Source: Guillardia theta CCMP2712 (lineage: Eukaryota; Protista; Cryptophyta). From it: a DNA stretch of 64,000 bases. The notes under the pieces were generated by a model, which ran no database searches, was not told the origin of the DNA, and worked only from the letters and a program-made list of their open reading frames with translations. The translations under genes were made by a program, and so were the position numbers. The DNA is taken from positions 122,671-186,670 of the forward strand of contig NW_005434637.1 in NCBI RefSeq assembly GCF_000315625.1, written 5' to 3'. Shown here piece after piece: positions 39,081-52,630 of this stretch; positions within the stretch are counted from its first letter, which is position 1, and each line of letters begins with the position of its first letter.

Positions 39081-40771
39081 TCATACCTCACCTTCATCGC
39101 CGTCTACAACTATCTCCTCAACCTCCAAGTCATCGGAGTCTGATGTCACTGCGTCGTTACCTTCCTCCTCGTTTCCATCGTCGCCAACGTACTCGATCCC
39201 ATCAGCGTTCTCCGCCTCTCTCAGCATCTGCTCTCTCCTCCTCCTTTCCTTCTCTCTCTCATCCTGCTGCTGCTCCTGCTTACCTCCTTCCCAGGACTTG
39301 CTCATCTTTCCATCCCTACCCACATTCACTCTATTCTTCTTCTTGTCTGCTCCTCCCTTGGCTTCAGCTCTCGCTCCTGCTCCTCCTCGAGCCTTCACCC
39401 TCCTCTCTGACCTTTCTTCTTTGAGATCTTTCTCTTGCCCCCTGCTCTTGCTCTGCTTCGTTATTGGCTTTCTCTCCGTCACTTTCGGATGTTTCTTCAG
39501 CTTGGCGAGTTTGGTCTTCTTGCTGATGACGTCATCTATGAACCCTCCCAAACTCTCTTCGCTCCATTCGCCCCCCTTGTACGATTTACCCGAGAAACTT
39601 TTCTCTCGAGTTTTCTTCTCCTTCCCGTCTGGATTCATTTCCATGTAAACCAACCTGGCAAGACAAAGTAAGAACATTTGACAAGAAACAATCAGATATG
39701 AAAGATCAGCGCATAGACCAAGAGACAACATGTATACACGCGCCAATCCATCCATCCATATACCGTCACATACATCACATCAGCACATACATCGCAAACG
39801 TCACATCATAACATGCATGCACCAACAAACATACCTAGGTTTCCCGTTGCTCACAGGAAGAGCATCCTCTAAAGAGAACTGAAGCTTGCGGCTATCTACC
39901 TGCACGAACGCGATCCCTCGGAACTTCGGAGCTAAGGAGAGAACAACAGCCCGCTCCTGCCCTGAGTAGTTCCCATCATGCAGAACGAGAGCGCACTGCT
40001 TCCTCCTCAGACACTCTTCCCTGCCATGATCGCCTTCAGGTCCTCATGTTCCTCCTCACTCCTCCCTCACCTGAGATCCTCTTGGTTACTGATGTTCGAT
40101 ACCACAACTGCTGTCGTGTTGACCGCGAACTGGACGACAAAGTCCGACGTGACGTGCGATCGGATTGTGAATGAGCGAGGGAGACGCTTGTTGGCCACTA
40201 TGAAGAACAGGGGGTCATGGAGCTTCTTTCCCTTGAAGAACCTTTCTACCACCGTCTTCCCCGACGGCAACGTCCCGTTGCAGTCCATAGCAGCTGGGGT
40301 GATGCTGGACTCGACCAGGCCGGCCGATGCGTCCACAAATGTCTTGTGGAGAGGCTCGAGGGGTCCTGCGCACTGGACGAAGTAGGGGTTCCCGCTAAGG
40401 AAAACTTCGTGAACCATGGCTGCGTCGTCGGTCTCAATGGTCTGGATCCCCGTGAGATCTCGCTGCTGCGTGCTGGTCCTCTTCATGACGTCGAAGAACG
40501 ACTCCTCGATCTTCTCCTGCTCTCTCCTCAGCATCCACAAGAGCTTCGTCAACTCCCTGCTCGACCTCTCCCTCTTGTTCTCCCTCACGCTATTCAGCTC
40601 CTTCGCTATCTCCTCGCTCAGCCTGATCACTCCCTTCATCTCGTCCTCGCACTGGAGCTTCCCGTCGTCCTTGCTCTTCTTGCTGCCATAGAACGCCGCT
40701 GCCTCTCCCACCATCGCCCCCACCATCGTCGCTACCATCAACGTCACCATGAGCCGCCTCATGTTCCCCAT
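39081..40771 (-). CDS. Signal-peptide protein with possible redox-inactive thioredoxin-like folds and acidic tail
   Basis: MRRLMVTLMVATMVGAMVGEAAA-F leader; IAFVQVDS and YKGGEWSEESLGGFIDDV resemble PDI b-type domains. Confidence 0.6.
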
Positions 40772-40902
40772 GCCCGAACTACTACCCCTACCCCCTATCA
40801 ATCGATATTTTGATGGTCACCGGTGCGAAAACTAGATAGACGGGGAAAGTAGACCCCTTCATGTATAACCCCCACCCCGTTCAGTCTCTTATAAGGGGGG
40901 CG

Positions 40903-42102
40903 ATGAATGCATGGGCGAGCGAAGAGGATGCATGGTGGTGGAGCTTGTGGAAGCCCGGGATGCTGGGAGCGAGACAGGAGGAGGAGGAGGGAGACGAGAA
41001 GATAGAGAGGGCGCGGAAGGAAGAGGAGAAGAATAACTCATCATCACATGCACCATCTCATCAAGATCAACAAGGCTACCACCACGAGAGCGACGATAAG
41101 CGTCTCGATGTTGATCATGGTACGAGCCGTCTGATGAACATGGCGGATCGCTAACGCCTTGTCCTCTTTCCCCGCTCATCAGCATCAAGGGGATACGACA
41201 ACTGGATAGCCGTGCAGTCAGTTCAGTCCCATTCGTCCGAAGGAACTGAGACAGACTTCGATAGGCACTCGGGATGGGGAGTAAGTCAGAGAGGAGGAGG
41301 AGGAGGAGGAGGAGGAGGAGGAGGAGGAGGAGGAGGAGGAGGAGGAGGAGGAGGAGGAGGAGGAGAAGGAGGAGGAGGAGGAGAGGGAGGAGGAGAGGGA
41401 GGGTACATGGTGATGCTGATTGTGCAGACGCATCCGGGAACAGTGTGTCCTCTTGTTCATTGTCCTGAAGAAATCTTCGATGAGATCTTTGAGCTCGCTG
41501 CGCTCACTGATACCGATGTTCTTCTGGACGTTGGTTGCGGTGATGGCAGGTATGCGAGTGCGGTAGGTCGGTGATGGTAGGAGAAAAGAAGGAGATGGAA
41601 GAGGTGGACGAAGGAGATGATGACGATGATGGCCATGGCCATGGCTATGACGATGATGACCACAATAATGATGATGTTGATGATGTTGATAGGGTTGTTC
41701 TCGCCGCTTGTCGTCGAGGGGCACGAGGCATCGGAGTAGACATCAACCCTGCTCTCGTCCGTATCGCTCAGGTCAGCCCGAAAGTTTGCGACGGCAAACT
41801 CTTGACTTGCGATGAAGAAACTTGCGCAAGAACAAGGGCTGGAGTCACGAGCGACCTTCGAAGTTGTTGACATGATGAAGTTGAGCCTCGACGATCCGAT
41901 CTTGACCTCAGTGACAAAAGTGAAGCTGTGATAAGTATTGGTGACAAAGTTTGATGCTCACTGTTCAGGTCTACATGTACTTGCTGCCAGAGGTATTGCA
42001 GGTAAGGATTTTCCTCCTTGATGAATGTGTCTTCCACTTGCGAATGCTGCGATCAAAACCCTTCCAGCATCATCATCCATCACCACCACCACCATCGTCA
42101 AC

Positions 42103-42169
<67 letters not shown>

Positions 42170-42550
42170 TCCATCATCATCATCTCCATCATGATCCTCC
42201 TCCTCCTCCTCCTCCTCATCATCATCATCATCATCATCATCATCGTCATCATCATCACCCCCAACAATCACACAATCATCATCGGGAGATATCATAGTTG
42301 TCACATCATCATCATCATCATCCCTCCTCTGCTCATGAACTATTTGCTCTACTCACACGATCTTGAGGCAATGGATCCGATCATTCAGCATCTGCTTGCT
42401 CGGGGGGTGCAAGTGATCACGCTGAACCATCACCTAGAGGAAGAGGCGACAAGCAGCGGCTTGTGCGGAGCCTTGAGACTCTACAGTCACAGGGGGGAGG
42501 ATGAGAGAACGAGAGGGGGAGGAGGAAGGCAAGGAGAGGAAAGGAGATGA
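40903..42550 (+). CDS. Class I SAM methyltransferase (FAM173/ATPSCKMT-like); start approximate
   Basis: CPLVHCPEE, VLLDVGCGDGR|VVLAAC, GIGVDINPALV, VYMYLLPE. Confidence 0.8.
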
Positions 42551-42715
42551 GGAGAGAGGAGGAAAGGAAGCTGAGGAGAGAGAGAGGAGGAAACAGCGAT
42601 TGGAGGAGCAGGCAGACGTCGGATGAAGCGAAGAACAAGATGTAAGAGTTGGAGACATGTGAAGGATCTTGAGCGTGTTCAACATGTACTGCAAACTTGA
42701 TTATCAGCCTAAAGC

Positions 42716-45700
42716 TCACCCTGTGCTCAAACTGAATCCTCCTCCTGTAAACCGCTGGCCTCCCGGCGCCTGATGGACGGGAAAACCTTTGCTGTCCCTC
42801 TCCCCCGTTGACTTGGCCAACTGTACAGCAGTGAGTAAACGGAGAACGTCGAGGAGGACGGAAGGTGGTTATGGTGGTGAGGAGGAGAAGGAGGAGGGAG
42901 CGGAGGAGGAGGTGGTAGAAACCATTCTCACCTGCTCTCTTCTCTTCTGCTCGTAGTATCTTCTCTTCACGTCTTGAAGCTCGCGCGTGAGCCTCTCGAT
43001 CTCGAACTTGTACTCGTTCACTTGAGCTTGATACATGTTGAGCTCCGACGCCATCGCCTATCTCCTGATCAGCAGCTGATCCTCTCCTCCTCCACACCAT
43101 CCCAACCCCCACCACACACACACACCAAGAATGCATCTCCGTCTCCCAACCCTCCTCCGTCTCCCTTCCACTCTCTGTCTCCTCTCCTTTCACCTTCATC
43201 TGCCTTGTCTTCTCCCTCAAGTTCTGCTGGTAGATAGAGAGCTGTTCAGCCACCTCTGGCCCGGGCTGGCGAGCAAGAATGTTCTTGAGCTCCACATAGA
43301 GTTTCTCCTTCTCTTGAATCAGAAGGTCCTTCTCTACCACCTCCTCTGCAGCACCCGTCAGCACCACGACACTTTCGCATTGCTCCTCCCTTCTCCCTCC
43401 TCCACCCCTCTCCTTCCCGCCGTTGTTCCCGCTCACTGCTCCCTCCCCCACTCTCTCCAGCCGTCGTTCCCGCTGCCTCGCTGCTCCGTCCTCCTATCCT
43501 CCTCTTTCCCTCCTACCTGTCTTTGCGATCAGCCTCTTCTGCAACGTCTGGATCTTTTGAATCATCTCCAACGTCCCGGGGTCGCTCCCTTCCAACTTCC
43601 TCCACCTGTGCACATTCATAGGGTTCTCCAGCTCCTCGCTCAGCGCCTTCACTTTCGTCCTCTCCGACAGCAGCTCGCGCTGCAGGTGGTAGACTTCATT
43701 CCTCAGCACGTCGATGTTGGACGTCTGCTGCTTCAGCATACCCAACTTCCTCTTCAGATCGCTGATCTTGAGCTTTAGCATCCGGATGTCCTCTAGCCTC
43801 TCCCTGTACTGCACCTCCCCCTTGTTCAGTGTCGACTGTTGGATCTTGATCTTTTCATACAGCAGCGCCAGCTCGTCGTTGCGGCGGATCAGTTGTGTGC
43901 CCAGGATGTCTCGCTCGTTGATCACCTGGTCATATTCTTTCTTCATCGCTCCTCTCTCCGCATCGGCCTCGCTGATGATCTTGTTCAGCTTGTTGATCTC
44001 CGACGCCTGCCCCGAGATCGTCTCCTCCCCGTCCTGCACCTTTTGCCGCAGCTCCGTGAGCTCGTTCTTGAGAGCTTCCAGCTCCCTGTCCACCTTCTTA
44101 TGGTCAAAGTGCTCCTTGACCAGCGCGTGGTCCTTGGCCTGTATCTCCTCCTTCAGCTGCTCAATCTGGTGGTTCATGATCTTGAACTTCCTCTTCATCT
44201 CATCGATCTCGTCCTGGGCCTCGATCAAGTTCTTCGAGTAGAGGTTCCTGTCCGACCGGACGGCCTCGTACAGCGCCTGCTGCTGCTTCAGCTTCTGCTC
44301 TCCTTCCTGGATCGTCTTCTGCAAGTCGATGATCGTCATCTGCCGGATCTTAACCTCCTCTAGAGCCTCCAGGTACTTGGCAGTGGCGTCAGACGCCTGT
44401 TGCCCGTACTTCTCCCGCTCCTTCTCCAGCGAGTAGATGATCTTTCTCTGCTTCTGCGCCTCCGACTTGAAGCCTATGATCTCTGCCTCGAGGTTCTTCT
44501 TTGTGTTCTCCTGCACCTTCACCAAGTCTGCCTGCTTCTGGGTTGCCGTTTGAGTCTTCTCTGTTGACAACCAAAGTCAGCCGCCGCTTTAAGTCTCGAG
44601 GACGAGGATGACAGGAAGAGAATGGGACAAGAAGGAAAAGATGGGACAGAGAGGAGATTAAGACAGGGACAGCAGGAGGAACAGAGGAAGGAGGGAGGAG
44701 GAGTCAGACTCACTCAAGTTGCTCTGCAGCAGGTCCTTCTCTCTCGCCATGTCCTCGATGTTCTTCTTGTCCACCTCGATCTGCTTCTGTTGGATCTCGC
44801 TCTCCTTCACCAGCTTCGAGATCTGCCCCTTGAGCTCCTCCTTCTGCACCTCCACATCATGCTTCTTCTGCTCTACCTCCTTGATCTTCTTCAGCAGCCC
44901 GTCCTTCAGCCGCGACTCCTTGGTTGCTGCCGAGCGCAGACGGTTAATCTCGTCCTCCTTGGACTTGATTTCGATCTGCCGGTGGGCGTTCTCAGCCAGC
45001 AGCTGGGTGTTGGTGCTGATCTGCTCCTCCAGGTCCTGCTGCAGCTTCTGCGTCTTCTGCGTCAGCAGATCGTTCTCCTTGTGCGCCTTCTGAACTGTCT
45101 GCTCGAACTCCTTGATCTTCGTGTCAAGCCGCTGCAGCTCCTCCTGGCCCTTGGCGATCGCCTCCTGCTTCGCCTTCACCTCCTCCCCCTTCTTCTCCAG
45201 CGACGACTTGATCTCCTTGATCTCCTTCTCCAGTCGCTCCTTCTTGCGGACTTCTCTCTCCACGTCGCTCTTGCTCTTGTTGATCTGCTCCTTCAAGGTC
45301 ATGATGTCTGCCTCGTAAGCCTGTTTCTCTGTGTCCAGAGTCCTGCACTTCTCCTGCAAGTCCACGATCTCGTTCCTCGCCGTCACGAGCTGCTGCGTCA
45401 GGTTGTCTCTTTCTGCTGTCAGCTCGTCCTTCTGCTTTGTAAGCTCGTTCACAGTGTTCTCCTGCCCCAGCGTCAGCCCAGCCCCTTGCTCCACGAGCCT
45501 GCTGAGGTTGGTGATCTCGAGCTTGAGCTGTTGGATGGTTTCCTTCGCTCGCTGCTCCTTCTCATGGGAGGCATCAACCATCTTCCAGGCCTTCTCAATC
45601 TCCTTCTTGAGCGAGGCGATCGTGTTCTGATCCTCCTGCGATAACTTGAGCGCTGTCTGGACCTTGGCCGCGTTCGCAACGATCTCCTGGTTGAGCTCGC

Positions 45701-45899
45701 GGCATTTCTTGATGAGCCTCTTCTCGCTGTCGTGTGACTTCTTGAGAGCTCGATGGAGCTTCTCATACTCCACCTTGAAGCGCTCAAGAGACTTGTCTCC
45801 CACAAGATCCTGCAGAACTTCCTGGAAGTCTCTCTCCAGCGCCTCGAACGCGCTACCCTCCAGCCCCATGTCGTCCAGACCATCTTTCTTGTCCGTCAT
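42716..45899 (-). CDS. CFAP58: Cilia- and flagella-associated protein 58 (CCDC147/FAP58)
   Basis: AFEALERDFQEVL..EYEKLHRALKKSHDSEKRL, ERDILGTQLIRRNDELALLYEK, LENPMNVHRWRKLEGSDP, C-terminal RFTGGGF. Confidence 0.96.
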
Positions 45900-46662
45900 C
45901 TCGTCGCCTTGACTTCAGCGTTGGGTCTCGTGCTCTGCGCTCTGGCCTCTGCAAATTAATCCTGCATGCGTCTTCCAATCCTGGAACAATCTAACAGTCA
46001 GTCACGAGCTCAGAAACCTATGAATTCTCTCTAAAGCACTTTAATTATATCGGGACAGACTCTCTAGTTGTCACAAAGACAATCATTCAGTATATTCTTA
46101 TGGCACAGATAAGGCAAGTCTTCAACTGAATACAATCTCATAACTGCCTCTTTCGGTTTCAAGTTTTGCACGCTATCATCGCACAATACTCCTCCACACC
46201 ATCGCCACAACAATGAGGCACGAAACCTTGCTCCACACACAAGATCACATGATGAGTCATCAAACAGTTTCCTCCATGTCTGCATGTTCTCAGTCTCTCT
46301 CCTCTCTCCTCTCCTTCTCTCCGCCTCTCCTCGCATCTTCACCCCCTGCTACTATACGCCATCCAACGGGAACTTGATTCCAACGCTGAGTACCCCCTTG
46401 GTTTGACTACCCACTTTGCCCCCATACCCCTTGGAATGTGAAGTACCTGGTTATTTGACTGCAATTCAGAGTATGATTGACCCCTACATCCAACGCAACA
46501 CATGCACCCTACCATGTAAAATCATGACCCCACCCCTGATCATCCACACTCGCAACCGCACCAACTGCTATTGCCGTTACGAAAGTCGTTTTTGTTAACG
46601 AAGTCTATAACGGCTTTTGAAATGAGACCATCGGGCAGAGTTTTGTTACTTGCACGGAAGGA

Positions 46663-46686
46663 GGGAGCAGGAGCAGGAGCAGGAGT

Positions 46687-46718
<32 letters not shown>

Positions 46719-46779
46719 CAGGAGCCGGAGAAGGAGCAGGAGTAGGAGCAGGAGCAGCAGGAGCAGCAGGAGCAGGAGC

Positions 46780-46823
<44 letters not shown>

Positions 46824-46824
46824 A

Positions 46825-46859
<35 letters not shown>

Positions 46860-46860
46860 A

Positions 46861-46898
<38 letters not shown>

Positions 46899-46950
46899 CA
46901 GGAGCCGGAGAAGGAGCAGGAGGAGCAGGAGCAGCAGGAGCAGGAGCAGG
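46663..46950. repeat. (GCAGGA)n hexamer microsatellite; same family at ~983-1037, 1222-1278, 4387-4516, 22183-22262
   Basis: Direct inspection. Confidence 0.95.
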
Positions 46951-47130
46951 CATGCAGAGATAAAAGAGATGAGACAAGATCAGGCATGCAGAGATAAAAG
47001 AGATGAGACAAGATCGGAACTTTTATCCTTAACAACCTCCTGATCGCTCTGCCTTTTTGCTCCTGTAAAAACTCATCATTAGCACTGTTTTCACAGGATT
47101 TCTACCTGCATGATTGATTAGTCTTGCAAC

Positions 47131-49349
47131 ATGGGAGTGCTATACCTTTTCGTACGTGACGGAAAAGTCTTCATCCCTCCCTCCTTTTGGAAGGTTTCCT
47201 GGTTCAGTGCAGGTACAGCAACTCTTATGCGAACAGGAGTCTTCCTCATAATTCCGCATTTTGTCTGCAGGCGGCAGCTCCGGGGTTCGGCTATCCCTCA
47301 GCCGGCTGTCTGTTTGCGTCCTCGCCTTGTGGTCTCTAGGCGCCATCATTTTTTACGAGCTCGAGCAAGAGTATACGTGCGAGGATGCAGGTGAAACTTT
47401 CAAGAGCGCTCGGGAGTGCACCAAGAAGGTCAAGCTGTTCGATGCGTTTTATTTCGTGTTTATCACACTCACTACCATCGGGTATGGCGATGTCGTGCCG
47501 TCCAGCGTCTACAGCAGGTTGTTTGTTCTTGTGTTCACCCTCCTTGGCCTCGGGCTCTTCAGTACCTTTCTGGATGTCATGGGAGCATGGCGAACGAGCA
47601 TGCTCCAGCAGCTCAAGCAAAGCGCTTCCTTCGGCGACTTCCTTGAGGCCACCATCGTCCTGCTGGTGGTGCTGGGTGCTGGCACGATGGGGTTGAGTTG
47701 GATCGAAGATCTTGAGCTAGTGGACGCGCTGTACCTGTGCGTTACAACCGTGACGACTGTGGGGTATGGTAAGAAGCAACAAGTTCTTGTGCCATGTAGA
47801 ATGATTGTGGTTGCCCTTCCCTCGTTGACGCAGGTGATCTCAAGCCTGTAACATTCTGGGGGAGAGTGTTTGTCATCATGCTTGCCATGTGCTCTATCAG
47901 GCAAGCTTTTATGGCTGTGAGCTGTGTTTGTAACGTGAACCAGCACCATCGGGTATGTCACTTCATGTATCGGAGATCTCATCCAACCGGATTCAGACAC
48001 TGCCGTAACCGTCCGATCAAGTGGCTGGCAAGTTTGAGTTTCCATTGCTAGATTGGATTTGGTGGAGATGAGACGCAGTGGAACTTGTCATTTCTCGATC
48101 GCTTCTTCGGCAGGAAAGTGAGTTGTGTGGTCAGGTTACGAGCTCCTTTGTTTCCTCAACTTGCATTATTTGTTAGGGCGGAGAGAAAGAATTTTCACTT
48201 TCAGCCTCTTGGAAGATGAAGTAAATACAGCAAAACCGTTGCGGAAATTTGGCCTAATAGTTTGCCTTCAAGATTTTTCTTGTTTTCCAAGATCTTTCTT
48301 CTCCTCTTCTCTTCAGTTCTGGGTGACAACGCATATATTCTTGTCTCTTTTTCAGCTGATTGGTCTCTCAGTCATGAGATACTTTGAGCCTCACATGGTA
48401 TTCTTCTTTCATTCAGCCAAAGTGACGCCAAAGTGACGCTACCAAAGAGTTTCACCGATTGCTTCTACTGGAGCGTGATGACATTCACTACTATCGGTAA
48501 GACCACATTCTTGACCATCCTTGTTTTATGATTCTTGTGTTTCAGGTTACGGAGATTTTGCACCTTTGTCGACCGGAGGGAAGGTAATAGAACTCACAAA
48601 CCAGCTGAACATGTCGACTGGAGTGGATGAGCTGGACTGGTAGATCGCTCAGGTCGTCCTCTGTTTGCTGGGGTTGGGTCTCTTCTCCGTCTATACTGGA
48701 GTACTCGGCGAGTGGAGGAAGAGGTGGTTTCAACTCTCCCTTGACCATATCAGAGTAACTTCATGAGCCTCAGTATGAGCAACAAGAGTGTGTGGAACGA
48801 AAGTCTGCTAGGTTTGATTCACCGCTAGTCCTGTGATCTACCGCTCATGCCACAGGCAAGGATTGCAAGCGATATTCATAGCAGGGATGTTGGTCTTTCA
48901 TGTCGTAGAGGGACTTTCGATCAGTGAGAAACAATAAGCGGTTCACGCAAAAGTTCCTTGACGTTTCTTTGGGAGCAGATGATTCCTGGTATCTGACTTT
49001 CTGCTCAGTCACAACCATAGGAAAGCGTGTCTCATTCTCTTCAGTCAACGATATACGAGTTCCTGACGGCTAGCATTTCTCATTCAAACAGGTTATGGCG
49101 ACCTGTACCCCAAAACGACGCTCGGCAAACTTTTGACGTGAGTTGCATCTGTCTCGTGCTGTAACTCATTCAATGGTCAGTTGCCTGCTGGCTTGTTTGA
49201 GCATCTCCGTTGTCGGCTTCGTGTCCTCAACTATCGGAGATTTGATCCAGGTAGAGCAGAAGCCAACTGATATAACAATTGTGACACCCGTGCAGGAGAC
49301 TCTTTGTGCTGATTGGCGCAAGGTGAAGGATTCCGACAAGAAAGATTAA
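47131..49349 (+). CDS. Potassium channel with four pore domains (tandem K2P/TPK-like, predicted 8TM/4P); start approximate
   Basis: Four selectivity filters: TTIGYGD (~47472), TTVGYG|D (~47753), TTIG|YGD (~48488), TTIG|YGD (~49011). Confidence 0.85.
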
Positions 49350-49423
49350 AGATGAGGGTTCAGTCAAAAAATTATGAGAGAGAAGGAAGTTCGCAACGAA
49401 GTGATCAGAAGGCGTTATACGTT

Positions 49424-51115
49424 CTACTTCGACGAATTGTCTTTCTTCGCCTTGGCTTTGCCGTCCTGATGGGAGTTCAGCTCGACAGTCACAAACCTAT
49501 TTCTCACTTCACCTTGTCCTTCTCTTCCGAGGATTCTTTGGAGTTTTTGTCCTGCATCACGGTTTCATCAGGACTCCACTGCACATAGATTCATTTGAAT
49601 AAATACTTTTTCGTTCTTTTCTTTGCCGGCCGCATCGTCTGCAGATTCGTTCTCCGCATCCTTCAATGCGATCTTGTTGTTGATCAAATTGTGAAGGGCA
49701 AGGACTGAACGGATCAAAGAGGAAATATAGATGACCTGCAGATCGAAGTCATGACGACTGTTAAACATGAGTTCACAGCACCAGCATCATATCATTCGTC
49801 TTGACAGAGAATGACCTGACCAACTCTTCCACGTTCAGATTGGGCAACAGATTGAACACCTCCTGCATCCCATTCAGCAATAACTACGAGCAAAGCAGCA
49901 ATGAACCTGCATGAGATACGTAATTTCATGATTTACAGGCATGCTTCCATCGGCAACAAGCTTCAGGTAGGCATGAATGTCTTCGAGTCGAGCCTAATTC
50001 ATCAAATCAGAAAACATTTTTTGGACTTCCGTTCAATATATTACCTTCAATCCTTTTAGAGAGTTCAGTTTTGAGTGCACACGCTCGGCTAGGGTGCTGA
50101 CCTAAAGTCGCAAACGTCAATTTTTATCCAAACAAACAAGGAACTTACTGAAGCATCCTTGATGTCTCGCAATAAATGCTCTACACCAATCTCTTCAGCT
50201 TCTTCCGCTCCAATTTCACTACACGACAAGCAATTCAATACAAAAGAAAAAGAAGAAAAAGACATTGAAACCTTTGGAGATGTTGAAAGGATCTCCTGGT
50301 AGGGGTGCCGTCCTGTAGGACAACCCTTTGAGAACTTGGAATCCAATTTTTCAAGACAACTCACGTCCTTGACTTCCTCGATCGAGATGTATGCATCAGT
50401 TGGAATGTCTAACTCATCCTTGGGCTGAACATTGATGATGACCAGAACTGGATTCTTGGTGTATTTCTTGAAGACTTCGTTGATTTCAAGATCTGAAGCT
50501 CTGATTTTAGGACCAGTACTGTACCATCCAACTATCTTTTCACGTGCTAAAGGATAAAAAGGTCAAAACTATCCAAGATTGTTAAGTTGGGTACCGTTCA
50601 CTTTCTTGAACATTCCAAACATGTTTTCCAAGTAATTGTGATCAAGAAACCAGATTCCGGGATTATTTTCATCCTCTTCGAAAGGCAACGCAAACTATTC
50701 GTGATATTTACAACGCCAGCTTGCGAATACTGCGAAACACATCATTACTCAGTCAAACAAACGACATTCCAGAACCTGGTTCTCGTGGGTAGACAGCCTC
50801 CATGAGTCACGCTCCCCCGCTATCTCTCTTGCTCCCAGAAGCACTCCAACCACGCGCTTGTTTGTATCCTGTACATGCGCGATCAGTGATCAGATTACAA
50901 CTAACAACTCTCTCATGAGCTGATGATTCGCATCACCTTGGCGACTCGCATGTAGTGATCGGTCGCGGACAGCAGAACCAGCGGATGAACTATCGCACAC
51001 GAAGGGAACAATGGCGGAGCTGCTGTTGCTAATCGAGGAACGTTTCAGCGAAGGAGAAGAAGAAGTTTGATGTTGGAGAACCTGGCGCATTCTGCCCCGA
51101 AGACTGGTTCGCCAT
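49424..51115 (-). CDS. RPN8: 26S proteasome lid subunit RPN8/PSMD7
   Basis: [81 protein letters not shown]. Confidence 0.97.
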
Positions 51116-51566
51116 CTCGTTGAGAAGCCCTGTTTCCACAGCAGTCAGCCAGTTGGAGACAGTGAGGACGATATCTCATCATTGATATGATTTTTGATAA
51201 ACGGACATCGGACATGCAGGAATAATGAAAGATAATAGGAGCTAGTTGTCTTTGGAACCAATCCTTGTTTTAAAACATCCTTCTTGTGGGATCAATCACT
51301 TTCTGTCGCTCTAGAATTTCTCCCCTCTCTTTCTTCGTCTCTCATCTCGTCAATTCATTGATATTCATCTTGCATGCTTCTGCTTCGCTGCTCAATGCCC
51401 CCCTCCCCCTCCCCCTTCCCTTCGCTCCCTTCGCCTCTCGCTCCTTCCATAGCAGGGACAGGTCAGTCTTTCCCAATTAGTCAACTCTCTATAAATTGAT
51501 TTAGCTTGTGAATAAATTAATTGGCCAGCTAACTTGATTTCAAAAAGCAATAGTGGGGGCCGAACC

Positions 51567-52258
51567 ATGCCTGGGCGTCGGATATCACAGGGATCGATGG
51601 CGACATGGTTCGCGCTCGCAATGGCAGCGATGGTGATGATGGGAGAGCCGAGCCATGCTCTCCCTTCAAACTCCTTCCTGGGCAACCTGGCGAATCTCTA
51701 TCACAAGAGCGTCGCCGTAAGCCCTCTTGCTACCCACTGCCTCCAGGGCGCAGGGATCGCGGGGCTCGGCGACCTGTGCAGTCAGTTCATTGAGAAAGAG
51801 AAACGTGTGAGCTCGGGAAGAATTGCAAGAGCATCGGCCACAGGCGTATTCTACAACGGCCTCCTCCTGCCTTACTACTACGACGCCATTCAGGGCGTCT
51901 TCCCGAGCCGCAAACCCGTGTTTGTGCTTATCAAGGTGCTGATTGACAGCTTCCTCTGGGGATTCTTTGGCAACTTTTCGCTCGTCGCAGGTATAAGTCA
52001 TATCATTTCTCTCTTTGTGCTGATGTTGGTCTTGCAGTCCGACGGTATCTCGAAGGGTCCCCAGCAGTAGAATCAGTTCGATATGCTCAAAGTGTTATCT
52101 GGCCTGTCTTCAAGTCAGACTTCACTGTCTGGACCACCTACAACGCTCTCTGCTATGGCGCAATACCGCGAGAATATCAACCTCTTTCCACTGCTGTTGT
52201 GTCGGCGATGTGGTCTACATATATCAGCTTCATTTCGACCTCGGGTCTGCCGAAATGA
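51567..52258 (+). CDS. Mpv17/PMP22 family protein with N-terminal leader
   Basis: PLATHCLQGAGIAGLGDLCSQ, KVLIDSFLWG, VWTTYNALCY..IP, MWSTYIS; one intron. Confidence 0.85.
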
Positions 52259-52630
52259 AAGCAAAGCTGGAAGGCATCAGTTTTGTTGTTGTTTGCTGTA
52301 TTGTTTTATGAGTTTAAGTGTAACTATCAAAGAAATTGCCCTTCGATTGTGTGGGATTGCTCGACCTTTGTTGCAGTATGCTTGCATGTGGAGAGTTGAG
52401 GCAAATCGTATCCATCGTACCGAGTCTATATTTGTGAAATCTCACTCATAGGTATAGGTAGTCCTTCGATGGGATGACTGGGGTAGTAGGTCGATACTCA
52501 ATTCTTTCAGGAACAGCATCGAGCTCAAACTTTCAGTGAATAGCTTCTTCCTTCCGTCTGCCTGCATCACCGTTGCTGCTTCCTTGGCGCTAGCTTTCCA
52601 CCTCCTTGAGCTCCTCGACTCTTGGGCTGG

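Noticed and set aside
43131-45912. Plus-strand Leu- or Ser-rich ORFs
   Set aside because: Antisense to CFAP58 coiled-coil codons.
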